The translations under genes and the position numbers were made by a program. A DNA stretch of 64,000 nucleotides from Nageia nagi (Eukaryota; Plantae; Pinophyta): positions 201,314,001 to 201,378,000 of the forward strand of contig JBITNC010000001.1 of NCBI GenBank assembly GCA_050084985.1, written 5' to 3'. The notes below the pieces were generated by a model. The model did not search any database, had not been told where the DNA came from, and saw only the letters and a list, made by a program, of their open reading frames with translations. Shown here one piece after another: positions 26,695 through 40,030 of the stretch; positions within the stretch are counted from its first letter, which is position 1, and every line of letters begins with the position of its first letter.

Positions 26695-27681
26695 TGTAAA
26701 CACCTAAAAATCATTCATTTGCCTAGCTTAGGTGACTCATGATGATTTGATCCATCTTATAGCCTATCATGGTCCTATCAAACCTTCATCCCAATTCAAT
26801 TGCATTTACATGGTTAATTTTGGTAACTTAGCCTCTTGTTACCACCTAATCAATCTTAGCACTAACCAGTCCATCGATTAGGGAATTGGTTGATTGGTTA
26901 GGTTAAACCCTAATCGACTCATCAGCTAGTAATTATCATATAAAGGTCATTTCAAAATCATTTTCCAAGAATAATAAATCATTACCCAATGGATATTCAT
27001 GAGCTCTTGCATGTTCATCCTACTCCTAACTATGTACTCAAACTTTGTAACCTACTACCTTCCTTTTGAGCTCAATGCATCATTTCCAAGGCAAAAAAAG
27101 TAACTATTATCTTCATCTTGCAAAGAGAATTTTGGGTAAAATATTATGTTTTGGATCTTTATGGTGATTAACTTTGTTTCAAGGGTTTTGTAGGTTCCAA
27201 AGGTCACTCAAGATCATCTAATCATATCAGTTTTGGTTATTTTACTAACTCAATTGAACATGGTTGCATTTTAGTATTTCTAGGCTAGTATCTTGTAGAC
27301 TTAGGCTAGGATATTTTAGTTTGTTTTAATCACCAGCTTAATCGTTTTGGATTTTATACTAGCTTGCATTATAGACATTGAGGTATTTTCAAATACCTTT
27401 TTGGCTCAAGATTTGGAGGTTTACAAGGAAACTAGTCAAATCTTGCTTAGTTTTAGGGTCTTAAGGACCTAGAACTTAAGAGCCTCATTTTGTCTTTGTT
27501 TTTGTAGGTCATTTGATATGTTGGATATTACATAAAAAGGAAAAATCTCTAAACCCTAACTATATTTTTTGATTTCATTACTATCTCATTATATTTCAAG
27601 CAATATTTTAGATATTATAGCATAAGCATTCCAAAAGAGACCCTAGGTGCGGGTTCTCATTACCTTTTGGAGGATTCTACA
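26695..27681 (+). repeat. Element B 5' LTR (987 bp)
   Basis: TGTAAACACCTAAAAA...GGATTCTACA followed by the PBS. Confidence 0.8.
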
Positions 27682-27684
27682 AAT

Positions 27685-27702
27685 TGGAGATCATGGTGGG
27701 AC
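27685..27702 (+). promoter_or_regulatory. PBS, tRNA-Arg type
   Basis: TGGAGATCATGGTGGGAC resembles TGGCGACCACGGTGGGAC; the same motif occurs in D. Confidence 0.75.
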
Positions 27703-29107
27703 CTTCCTTGATTCAAGACTTGCAACCATAAAAGATTTTTCTTTCCTTTTCTCCTTGTTTTATGTGTTTTCATTGATGCTTTCTTTCCAAGTTTTCAAAT
27801 AGTTTCATGTATTGACTTGGACTAAATATTTTAAGGGAACATTTTTAACAAGTTCAAGACCAAACCCTAAAAATTTAGAGTCATGAAAGTCAAATAGTTT
27901 CTTGTAGATTGGTTCACAAAGTATAGCCAATCTCATGTAGATTGATTAAGGTTTCAAATGTGCAAACTATTAGCTAGTCCTAACCCCATTAGCCCCTCTT
28001 TGTTAAATGATCTAGTCTGTACTGGTTAGGGTTATCTTAGAGTTTTAGCTAGTTTATTTCATTTCTCAGGAAGTGTCATAGCTTCTTGACCCTGTAACTA
28101 TTTGGCAGTAGTCCATTATAAGCATTTAAACTTCTAGGTTATTCACTTATTATTTTATTTAGAATTTTTAACTTAGATTTAAAAAATTTCTACATACCAC
28201 TATGACTAGCTAGTTGGATGTTTGATCAGTCCACCAGTTGGTGCTGCTAGCTAGTTTGCATTATACCATCTAGGATTAGAGATTTTACTACAAGTATTCT
28301 AGCTTATGAGAGCTTGGAATTGGAGTACCCTAGGTATTTATCCCTCTTTTCATGCTATAGAATATGACTTATGTGCTGTGTGCATCCTAAGGCAACTATT
28401 TTTTTTTATTTTCACTTTATTTTGCTAGTGAAAAGAAATGAAATTTGAAAAGAAAAAGTTTTTTTTTTAATTTCTTGTATTAGTGAAATCAAAATTATCC
28501 TTGAGATGGAGTGTTTCTTTTTGAAATCATTTTGTTCTTTCATTTTGAAAAAAAAGTAAATATTGAAGGGATTAGTTGCATTTGCATGTATTTAGTTACA
28601 TCTCATATTTGCTTTATCATACTTGCATTAATATCACATGAGCCTATGCTTGAGCTAGGGAACATGGATTTCACCACCATAGTTCAGTTCTATTTCAAAG
28701 ATCATGAACAAAGTCAAAAACCTAATTTGAGCTGTTAAACGATTCACTCCCCTAGAGATTGAGCCTTACCCAAAAACACTTGACTAGGTTCATCTAAGAA
28801 AAATAATCAAGAGGTCAAAGAATCTTAAAATCAGTCTCACTAATAAGATAATTATCTTAATTGAACAAGAAGGAACTAGACTAGATAATCACCATTGCTA
28901 TCTTTTACACTATTATTATCTTGCATATAGGATTGATATTTTGAAAAGATCATCCTAGGGTTGTGTGCTTTAGATTTGCATTCATTAAAATAAGATCATA
29001 AAATTTGTTTTAGGCTTTATGTTTATTTGTTTTCTCTTTTTTGGCACCATTGGGATATTTTGCTTTATGCAATATTATTTGCTTAAGTCCTTATTTGTGT
29101 TCTTAGT

Positions 29108-32100
29108 ATGGAAGGTGAATCCCATAGTTCAATGGAGAATAGATCACAAGCTAGGGCTAGGCAAACAAGGTTTTGACAATCCAACCATCCATCCCAACCA
29201 CCTTAACCTCATGCATCCCAACCACTTTCACCTCATGTTTTTGAACCATCCTATGTCCCATCCTCCCCACCTAGACATACTTCCATATCATTCCATCAAG
29301 AGGATCCATAATTCTACAAAGATTTGCAAGTAAGTCTACATAGGAACCCCTTGTATGGTGATGTTAGTTCTTCAAATCATGTGGAGGCTATCCATTATGA
29401 TCCTCCTTATGAGGATCAACTCTTATCAAGTGATCCTCATATCTAAGACCTTTTTCACCAATTTAAGTCTAGACAACCTTTTGGTTCTAGGTCTTCATCA
29501 TCCCATGTTTCCAACATGGATAACCAATCTCTTGCCAATCCTCCATCTCCCATGGAAGTAGGGACAAGGGTGTCACAACCTTTTCCCACTCCTTCCTTAC
29601 CCCTTGTTATCACTATGGCTACTTCACTCCATAGGTCAAATATGTAATCCCTTCCTAATCCTTATAATGTCATTTATCATTATGATCCCACCTATGGCAA
29701 TCCTCCACCTTCCCATATCCCATCATCTTCTATTTATCGCCCACCATAAGAACCTCCAAAGTATCCTGCTACCTTATTATGTAGAATGAAGGCCCATAAG
29801 ATTCTTTTCTAAGATGATATGGAGAGAAGAGAGTGGTCTTCTTTTGTCCCTCCTCCCTTTTCTCCAAGGCAAGCTCAATAATTTCATCAAGCTTACCTCA
29901 AGCTCCATTGATTTCTCAAGTGGACCATTTAGTCTAATCTTCTTGTCCATAAGTTGAACCCAGTAGTTTGATACCATCAAGTGCTCCCATCATGATGATG
30001 AGGAGAAAGCCCAAATATTTGAAGAGCGATATAGGCTTCAAATGGTCAATATATTTGCACAAGTTGTGGAAACCCATCAAGAGCAAGAGGTAAATATCAA
30101 TCCATAAGGATTGAGGATTGCAACTCCTCCCCAAGTTGCTATTATCAATCAACCTTATGCATCTTATCAAAAATAGCCTATAGCACCTAGCAACATGATA
30201 AACCCTAATCATCAAGAAATCTTTCTATCATATGTGCCACCTAACATTCCTCAACCTAGGGTGCATATTAATGTATTGTCTCAAGCTCCTCCTTTTAAAG
30301 TTATTATACCAACATATGCTCATTCTCAAATTCCTAACCACATACAAGCATATTTTGGTGCCAAACCAAGGAGGCTTACTCCCACCCAAAAATATTTCTA
30401 ATATTTTCAACACGTCTAAGATCCATCCCTTAAAAAAACTCAATTTCCTTATCAAGGTTTGCATAATCAAATAGCTTAAAGGCTTGTAGGTTGACCCCAC
30501 CATACACCACAAGTGAGTGTTATCCCAACATAACAAGTTTATCAATGCCAAGGGAAACCTCAAGCAACCAATTATTAGTAAGGTTTAGGCTATCAAGTTG
30601 TTGGCTCTTTTCCTCCATCCACTCCTCATGATGAGATTCTTAAGAAGTTGCAAGAGATGGAGCAAATACTTAATGATCAAGGTAAGTCAAAGCTATCTTA
30701 TGGATCTATTTGTAATGAACTAGTCCATCAATACATCTTAATCAAGGATTTTCCTTACAAGTTTGAAGTTGCCAAAATGGATAAATTCAAGGGAAAGGAG
30801 GATCATAAGGAATATATAAGGCAATTCAAGTACTCTAGTTACATCATAGCTAATGATGATATTCTTATGTTAAGAACCTTCCCTATGAAATTTATGGGGC
30901 AAGCCTTGGATTGGTATAATAACTTTCCTCAACATAATACCTTCTCTTTTGAGAAATTGGCTAATCAATTTCTAGATCATTTTGGGATAAACACTAGAAA
31001 GAGAGCTTCTATCAAGGATTTGAGCAAGTTATCCCAATTTGATGATGAGTCAATATCAGATTATGTATGTCATTGGAGAGTATTTATAATCAATATTTCC
31101 TATACATTGCCTCAAGAAGAGTTGGTCAAGTTGTTCTCAAGGAGTTGCAACAAGCACATTTCTTCTATCCTACAAATTCAAAGGAATATTACCTTTGAAG
31201 ATGCCTTAGCTCAAGAAAATATCATTGAAGAAGTTAAAATCCAAGAGGGTGAAATAAATATAAGGAATAAGGATAATAATAATAAAAAAAAACTCACAAC
31301 ATGGTGGTAATTCCAACCAATCTCAACCTAGGCCACAATCAAACTAAGTCACATGCAGTTAATCAAACACAACCCATACTAGAACTAGCATCTCCTATGC
31401 AAAGAAAAAACCAACCAAGAAGCCAATACCAACAACAAGATCAAGAAAATATAATCAAGGAAATAAAAAAAATCAAGGTAATCAAGATAATAATCAACCA
31501 AAGCCTCTTAGACCACTAAGTCAATCACAATAACAATAAAGGAATTAGACACCATTAGTAGAGCCCATTGAGAATATACTCAAGAAGCTTTTAGATGCTA
31601 AACTAATTATGCTTCCTAATATTGGGCAAAAGGACCCTAATGATGCAAGGCCATAATGGTATACGGATGATGCATTTTGTGCCTTCCATCATTAAAGAGA
31701 ACATGTAGCCAACAAGTGTCAAAATTTGAGGGCCATAGTCCAAAGATTAATTATTGATGGTCACATATCCATAGGAGCATCCCAAAATTAACCCAATATG
31801 GATCTAGTAGTATATTAAAATCCTCTACTACGGAATGGTACCAACATAAACCAAGTAAGTACCATGGATTCCATATTAAGACAAGTAATGCATGGTGGTC
31901 CCTTACCTATTGAGTTTATTGGTATGATGGGCATAGAGCAAGTTTATGTTACTACTCATATAGGAAGGGGAGGTGAGAGAGCACCTCCACCTAGAGACAC
32001 AAGAGTACAACAACCCACATAACCAATCAATATCTAAGTGTCATCACAACCTTCTAGACTAATCATCATAGTTCAAAATTAGTTGGAACAATAATTACGA

Positions 32101-34264
32101 TTAACTCCTAGTAATTTATCATTATGAGATTTGTTACAACAATACAAGGCTCATAGTGATGCCTTGAATGATATCCTTAAGATCATTGAGTTGTCTAATG
32201 ATGATCCTAATGCCTTTGTGGAATTTTGTATGGTAGTTCAAGATTATATGAAGCCTTCTATCACTTTCTATATAGATGAGGTATATCATATCCCAACATC
32301 ATATAAGAAGCATCCAACCATTTACATTTGTTGCACACATAGATGGTAAAGGAGTTAAGATAGTCATAATTAATGAAGGGTAAACTATCAATGTTGTATC
32401 TACAGTGGCATTTCAAAATCTTGGTATACCTATATCATACTTGAGTGCTCACACCTTGGCCATCAAGGCCTTCAACAACACTTTATATACCACCTTGGGA
32501 GTTGTTATGATTCTTATTAAGGTTGGAGTGAGATCAGTTCCTATAACTTTTCATGTTGTGGAGGGTGAGATGTAGTATAACATTATTTTAGGCCAACCTT
32601 GGATTGATGAGATGGAGGATGTCTCATCCTTGAGGCATAATTGCTGCAAGCATTTGTATGGTGGTAATACCTATTACATCCAAGTGGATCCTGACCCCTT
32701 TAGCCATTGCAACCTTATTCATGATCCCGATCCATTTTCTATACTAAATTTGTTTCCCATCACTATCCTTATGAACAATAATCCCAATCAAGAATCATCT
32801 AGTTCATAAGGCCCCTAATCCTTGTATCCTTGTCCTAGTCAATCTCTTGGCTCACAGTGTTCATCCTTATCACCTCCATTAGATATACCTCACCCTACAC
32901 ATCCTAATGGTAAATCACCCATCAAGTATTCATCATCACAATCATCAAGTTTGAGTCCTCAAGTCAAGAAGCCTCAATCTAAGCCCACTCAACCTCAATC
33001 CTACAATCAAGTTCCCCCACCTCATGACCTTTTACTAGTTATTAGACATGCCACTTTGACTTCCCAAGAGGAAGAGTGTCTTACCTCTTCATTTGATCAT
33101 GTAACCTAGGATGAGGATGATGATTCTAATCCTTACCCTATTTTGGTATAATATGCAAACCTTAATATGGGGGACTATTAGATTGAGTATGTATAATGTA
33201 ACATTTAATCAATCAGGTATTTTAGCCAACCTTAGGATGCCTCCATTGATATTAGGTCTATGATTCTTTTAGGCCAAACTCCTTAGCAGTCTTTTTTCAT
33301 TTATGTTGGTGTTGATTCTCCATTTTATGTCCCTTTTGACCATCCTTTGAAAGAAAAGTTTTATGCCAAGATTGATTACTTGTATTATCCCAAGTTTATT
33401 TGATGATATTGTGAACATTGTAAATGGAAAGGTTATGGATTAGTAAAGTATGAAAAAGGTATGGTCAATGCCTTTGAAACTACATTTCAAGCTAATCATG
33501 ACAAACAAGGCCTTAGTTTCAAGGGTCCCAAATCTTCCATGCTTGAAAAGAAGTTTTCTAATCTCGATATCCATGATCAACCTTTTGATGTTGATGATAT
33601 TGGTCTATATTTTTGTCTTTATAATCCTATCTCATTGAATTATTCTATTCCTATAGATGTCTTTAATGACCCTTTATCTTCAAACATGATTATTTCTATC
33701 AATATGATCTTTCCTTGATCCTTTTTATCATCCCCTTGATGGTGAATCTTTGATTTTTGTTGATCTTGAATATGCAAATTTCTCCTTTCCACCATTAGGG
33801 TTATTTTCACCAAGAGATATTATGTTCCTCCTCATTTATCTCTTGATGAGGCATTCTTATTGAGTTTTGTGTTGTCTATCTCTAATCCTACTGAAGATGA
33901 TTACTCATATCTTCTTATCCTTAAGCTACTTGAAGAGGGGTCCCACATGCATGTTATGGGTCTAGTCAATATTGACATTAGTGATGATCCCAAAAACCCT
34001 AATATCATTTATGTAAATGATATTTTGAATGAGTCTGAGCATGACCTAGCTAGGTATATCAAGGTAAGGAGTAAGCTATCTATTACCTTATTCATACCCT
34101 TGTAAATTACAAGGTTATATATATCTATATAGATCATATTTACCTTACCATTATTTTTGTAACCAACAAATTACATCATTACATGCTTAATCATACAACT
34201 TAAGTAATTTCTCATGCTAATCCATTCCAACATATGATGAGTAAGTCTTATCATAATTCTTGTA
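29108..34264 (+). pseudogene. Element B gag-PR-G-patch-(RT deleted)-RNase H N-part
   Basis: Pro/His-rich N-extension; gag FPYKFEVAKMDKFKGKED...GQALDWY; protease region ending ILGQPWI; WKGYGLVKYEKG...GLSF; DPKNPNIIYVNDILNESEHD joined directly to QGKE*AIYYL...KLHHYMLNHTT. Confidence 0.85.
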
Positions 34265-34969
34265 TGTGAACACCTCATAATCTTCAACACAACAAACACT
34301 TAAACCACTCATGAGTATTCCAAGATCCAAAGCATTCAATACTAAATTTTCCTATGTTATATTATGACAAAATGATAAAAGCAAAGTGTAAGAATGATCC
34401 TTGACCTTCAATGATATCAATGTGTTGTTAAATCTAAAAAAGAAATAGCAATAAGGAAAGGGGACCTCAAATCACAAGTCCTTAAGACCTTGTGATTATC
34501 CAAAGTGGGATGAAATCCCAACTCTACAAGGTTGTAGATCCCTTGATACAATGCTACAATTATGAAAGGGAGATATTGTAGAAATGTAAATGAATATCAA
34601 TTTGAATAAGAAAATGATAACTAATCTAATGGAAATAATAGAGCATGCACTAATAATAGAACACGAAATAGCAACAATAAGTAGATAAGGATAGAATTTT
34701 ATCAAATAGTAATAGAATCATAGGCCACTTCAAAGGGGCTACCTCCTTACAACTCCAAAAGTGAAAAAAATGTTCAAGATTCCATTTCTCCACACACTTC
34801 AACCTATTTATAATATACTAACCCTAACCCTAATAGTAATGCAAAATTAGGTCCTACCCTTACAATCATAATATTACGATTTATAATATAGGTTAATAAT
34901 TTAAGTAAAATAACTAATACTAATACTAAAATCATAGGATATGGGATCTTAACATGCCACCCCTCTTGG

Positions 34970-37900
34970 GATGAAGCTTTGTCCTCAAAGCTTGAATTGT
35001 GAAAACTATTACTGTAGCTGATGAAGTATTTCCCATGTTGCATCTTCAGGTGCCATTGATCCAAAACTACCTTAGGTACAACTATCATTTATCCATCCTA
35101 TGCTAACTCAGATAATTATGTCTAAACCCAAACCTCTAATCTGACCACTTTCTTGAGATAAGAGATATGAAATATTGGGTAAATTTTAGAAGAAGCAAGA
35201 AGCTTCAATTTGTATACAATTGGGCCAATGTGTTGTAACACCTTATAGGGACCATAAAACTTTGAGGCCAATTTTTAAGGATTTTTGGTGATAAGGTTGC
35301 AGCCTCAGAAAGACCATGTCATCTACCTAGAACTCCCTGTCTACATGTTGTTGATTAGCCTATTATTTCATATGATGTTGAGATATCTAATGGTTATCCT
35401 TGAGAAAATAAAGAATATCATCCTAAGTAACTAAAGTGGGCTCAATTACCTAAACTTCACTACTACCTACAACATACAAGGTGACTATTAGTGAAGCTTG
35501 ACCATACACTACTTCATAGGGGTTCATCTTGCTGGTAGAATGATAAGATGTATTATACCACCACTTGACCAAGGGAAGACATTGTACCTAATGCACGGGT
35601 TATGCTAAAGCAAAATAATATAAATATGTTTCTAAACAATTATTGACAATTTTAGTATAACCATCAATTTGCAGGTGATATGCTAAGCTCATATTTAGTT
35701 GGGTACCTTGCAGCTTGAAAAGCTCTTACTAAAAATGGCTTGTAAAAGTGGGATCACAGTCATTGACAATCATTTTTGACCTACCATGTAGTTTAAAAAT
35801 TATATCTAAGAATAATTGTGCCACTATCACTACCTTGTAAGCATGAGCTAATGAACCAAAATGAGCACATTTGGATAACCGATCAACCACCACTAGAATA
35901 ATTGATTCATAGTTGGATTTAGGAAGACCAATAAAATCCATCAAGATATCAATCCATGTACGATTAGGTATGGAAAAAGGCTAAAGGAGTATCAGAGTAC
36001 CCACCATCTCACCTTTTTATCATTAACACACATCATAAGCTACCAAAAATTGCTTGATATCCAATTTCATACTTGCCCAATATAATGATCGTGCCACCTA
36101 TTTTTAAGTTTTTAGAAATTCATCATGTCCTGATGTAGGTGTGGAATGCAATTTGATAAGTATTTTTGATTTACATTTTGAAGGAGATGGTAAAAAATTT
36201 GGCCTTTGAATCTCAAAATACCATCATGCCATGTGTGGTGTGGTTTACTTGTAGGATCTTGAGTGATTTGTTTTAACAATTCTTGGATGGAGCTATATTT
36301 TACCCACTCCTATTTAACTTTATCCAACCATTGAGGAATAGGAGATGAAAGAGCTTGCAGTGCTACCTGATCTTCAAATTTTTTGGACAAAGCATCGATA
36401 ACCACATTCTCTTTACCTTTATAGTATATTATCTCATAATCATACCCTAGTAGTTTGGTCACCCATTTTTGTTGCTTAGGAAATAGAAATATATTGCTCA
36501 ATAAAAAATTTCAAACTATGATGACCTGTGAGGATGATGAAATGGCAACCAATGAGATATGGTCTCCAACATTGAACTGCATGAATGATGGTAAGCATTT
36601 CTTTTTCATAGGTGGATTTACCCAAATTTTTACCAAAGAGTGCTTTACTAGTGAATGCAAAGGGATGGCCCTCCTGCATCAATACTACCTTAATTCCTAC
36701 TCTACAAGTATCACTTTTTATCATAAAGGTTTTAGAAAAATCTAGCATTTCCAATATCGAGGTGATACACATTGCATCCTTGAGCTTAAGGAAAGATGCC
36801 TTAGCTTAAGGGGACCATTGGAATGCATTCTTTTTCAATAAGATTGTTAGAGGTGTTGCAATCTTACCATAATCTTTCACAAATTTCCTATAATAACCTA
36901 TCAACCCCAAGAATCCTAAGAGAATTTTCAAAGATGTAGGAACAAACTAATTTTGCATGTTAGTAATCCTATGTGGATCCACCTTAACTCCTTTGGATAT
37001 AATATGGCCTAAATGTCAATTTCCCTCTTATTGAATGAACATTTGGATTTTTTTACATATAGCTATTATTCCCTCAACATTTTTAAGGTTTGGTCAACAT
37101 GTGCCACATGTTCTTGCCATGTCTTACTGTAGATCAAGGTATCATCAAAGAAAACTAAAATGAACTTCCTAAGGAATGGATGAAACACCTGATTCTTTAA
37201 ACTTTGAAATGTGGATGGAGCATTTGTGAGACCAAAAGGCGTGACCAAGAATTAATAATGGCCCTCATGGGTGCAAAATGCAATTTTTGGTATATCCTCC
37301 TCCTTGAGGTGGATTTGGTGATACCCAAATCGTAGGTCCAACTTGGAAAAATATCTTGTCCTATGTAATTCATCCAATAATTCATCAATGATAGGTATTA
37401 AAAATTTATCCTTGATGGTAATTTTGTTGAGGTCCATCTTTCTTATGAACCAATATAATTAGAGAAGAATATGGGCTTATGCTAGGTCAAATTACTCTTG
37501 CATCCAATAGTTCTTGAACTAATTTTTCAATTTCATTTTTTTATAAACAAGGATACTAATAAGGATAAATATTTTGTGGTTGACTTCCCAGCACCAATTG
37601 GATAACATGATTATGAAATCATTGGGGTGGTCATCCCATTGGTTCCTCAAAAGCACATGCACTCTTACTCAAGATGGACTGCAGGTCCTTAGGCTTTGTG
37701 ACTTTAGATTTGATGATTGCTAAAGAGTATAGTTGTGCTAGCATTCCCTTCCCAATTTTTTGTAGGCTATTTTCCATGCGATGGGAGCTCATAATTTGTG
37801 AAGGTCCAACCTATAATCCCTTAAGAGTATGCTCTTATTTGTTATCTTGAAGATCATCCATAACTTTGCAAAATTCTACTATGTGATGCCCAAAGTCCTC

Positions 37901-39245
37901 AAACATTGCACCCTTAAAACTATATCACATCCCCCAAGTGGTAAAACGTACATGTTGCTTTTCAAAGTATAGTGGCCCATGCTCAGTTTGATATTTTTAC
38001 ATGTGCCTTTACATGCTATTTTTCCTCCATTACCAACCATAACCTCAAAATTATTTATAGGGTGGATGTAATAGTCATCAACCTTAGCCACCTGTGGATT
38101 AATGAAATTATGAGTACTTCTTGAATCCAACAATATGATGAGAGTGCACTTTTTAAAAACCCCTTTGACCTTCATAGTTTGTGGGGTAGTAATTCCTACC
38201 AATGCATTGTAAGAGATAATCGAGGTCTCCTTATCTAGAATTTCCTCTGTAGCCTCTTCAGGTGCACTCTTATATTCCTCCTCACAAGGAGCATCAACAT
38301 CAAGCAAATATAACTTTTATTGAGTACAACAATGACCATGAATAAATTTCTCATCAAAATTATAGCACAAATCCTTCTTTTGATGCTCTTCCATTTCCTC
38401 CCTTGTCAACTTCTTAGTTTGCATTATGCAATTTGGTGGTGGGGCACTTGTGTTATTAGAGGAATGGGAATTATTATGTGTCTTTGTGAATAGGAGCCTT
38501 ATAGTTCATCAATGAGCATTGACGTTATCTTTGGCAAGCTTTGCCAAAGTAATAGCATCCATCATAGTTTTGGGATTTAACATTTTAACCTTTGGTTTAA
38601 TTTCTTCCTTTAATCCACTAATAAAATAAGTCATGAAAAATGTGTCATCCAACCCCTTTGTGTGATTTGCTAGTTTCTCAAACTGATTTTGGTATTCTTT
38701 GACTATTATGGTTTGATGTAAATTGGTCAATGCCCCTATGAAATCTTTATAGTCACTAGGACCAAAATAGATCAATAATTATTGAGTAAATTCATCCCAT
38801 GAAGGAGTAGGATGAGTTTTTGAGTACCATTGGAGAGTCTCATGATCCAAATAAAAAGTTACCATGTGCACCTTCAAATATTTTGGAGTTTGGTTCAATG
38901 TAAAATACTATTTAGACTTATAAATCCAGCCAGTGGGATCATCTCCATCAAATCAGGAAAAATCCAATTTGGTTGTGTGAGGAAGAATGAAACCACCTTG
39001 TTGGCCCTAAAAGTTACAATGATACCCTTATGGATTTTTTTGAATTTTCTAATTGTTGGTATGATTGATACTTAGTTGGACACTATCACACTTATTATCA
39101 ATGGTTTGTATTTGGTTCTATAGTAATCAAATTTTAGCCCTAAATGTGTCATTAAGTGTATTTGCCATTTGTTGGATTATAGTCTGAAATGTCATCATGG
39201 TAGGATCAGCTTGTGCTGATATTTAGGATCTTATCTTAGGTACTA
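34970..39245 (-). pseudogene. Element C gag-pol with partial chromodomain
   Basis: gag (PKLDFP, VKEYQNQFEKL), protease ILLDSRSTHNFI, RT ([33 protein letters not shown]), RH (STYEKEMLTI), INT (MDFIGLPKS..VVVDRLSK, YGPYKV), APEDATWE...EDKASSQEG. Confidence 0.92.
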
Positions 39246-39318
39246 TTTCTAGAAATTACTATTTTTGAAATTGTTATTTTTGGAAACTACTATTTTTAAA
39301 AATTACTATTTTTAGAAA
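39241..39318. repeat. Short tandem array, about 5 x 15-16 bp, in element C 5' UTR
   Basis: TACTATTT(T/C)TAGAAAT-like units. Confidence 0.75.
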
Positions 39319-40018
39319 GTGCCCAAGAAAGTGTATGGGTGTAATATACCAAAACAATCAGCTCAAAAATATGATCATAATGGGCTAGAACTCTTGATGA
39401 TGAGTTTTGGACTCTTGAACTCTTTTTTTACATTTGTGGGTCTATTTACTTTTATTTACAAATGCTAAAATGATATAATTTTTAGTTATTTAGTAGTAAA
39501 GGTTTTGCTACCTCCGAATTGCTATTTTTAGTAGCTCTAAAAAATTGCAAGTCATACATTCTACCTCTTGATTCAAGATTTTTTATGTGAAATAATGATT
39601 CTAGGGTAAAGATTATCTGCTCTATAGGCTTATCTAAACACCCCTCCTATCCAACTTTCATAAGGAAAGAGGCTACGAAGATGGTTTCTATGATAAGTAA
39701 CTTTCTAGCAGCACTTGCTGGTGCACTATAGTTTACAGAAAATCAACACAACTTCCTACCTAGTTTCTATTTATAGCCTAGATAGTATCTGATATACCTT
39801 TTGGTATGTGGATTCTGATTCCATATAGGGTTCTATCTGAGACCTGGGTATTGGTGCAGAGTTTTTTTTGCACCTCACTTCACACACAACTTAATGGACA
39901 AGTGTGCATAATAAAAAATGATAGATCCTTTTGGATATTTTAAAACTCTTGATATAAGGTTTCTAACTTAGACCTCTAAGAAGATTTGTTTTCTTGTAGT
40001 AGAATGGCCCTAGAAAGA

Positions 40019-40030
40019 GCTTTGATACCA
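40019..40030 (-). promoter_or_regulatory. PBS, tRNA-iMet
   Basis: TGGTATCAAAGC on - (consensus TGGTATCAGAGC), 2 nt from the LTR. Confidence 0.9.

Noticed and set aside
34496-34705. Hydrophobic ORFs (also 39976-40206) suggesting an env-like or membrane peptide
   Set aside because: They lie in the T-rich strand of element C LTRs. The duplication simply reflects the LTR pair.
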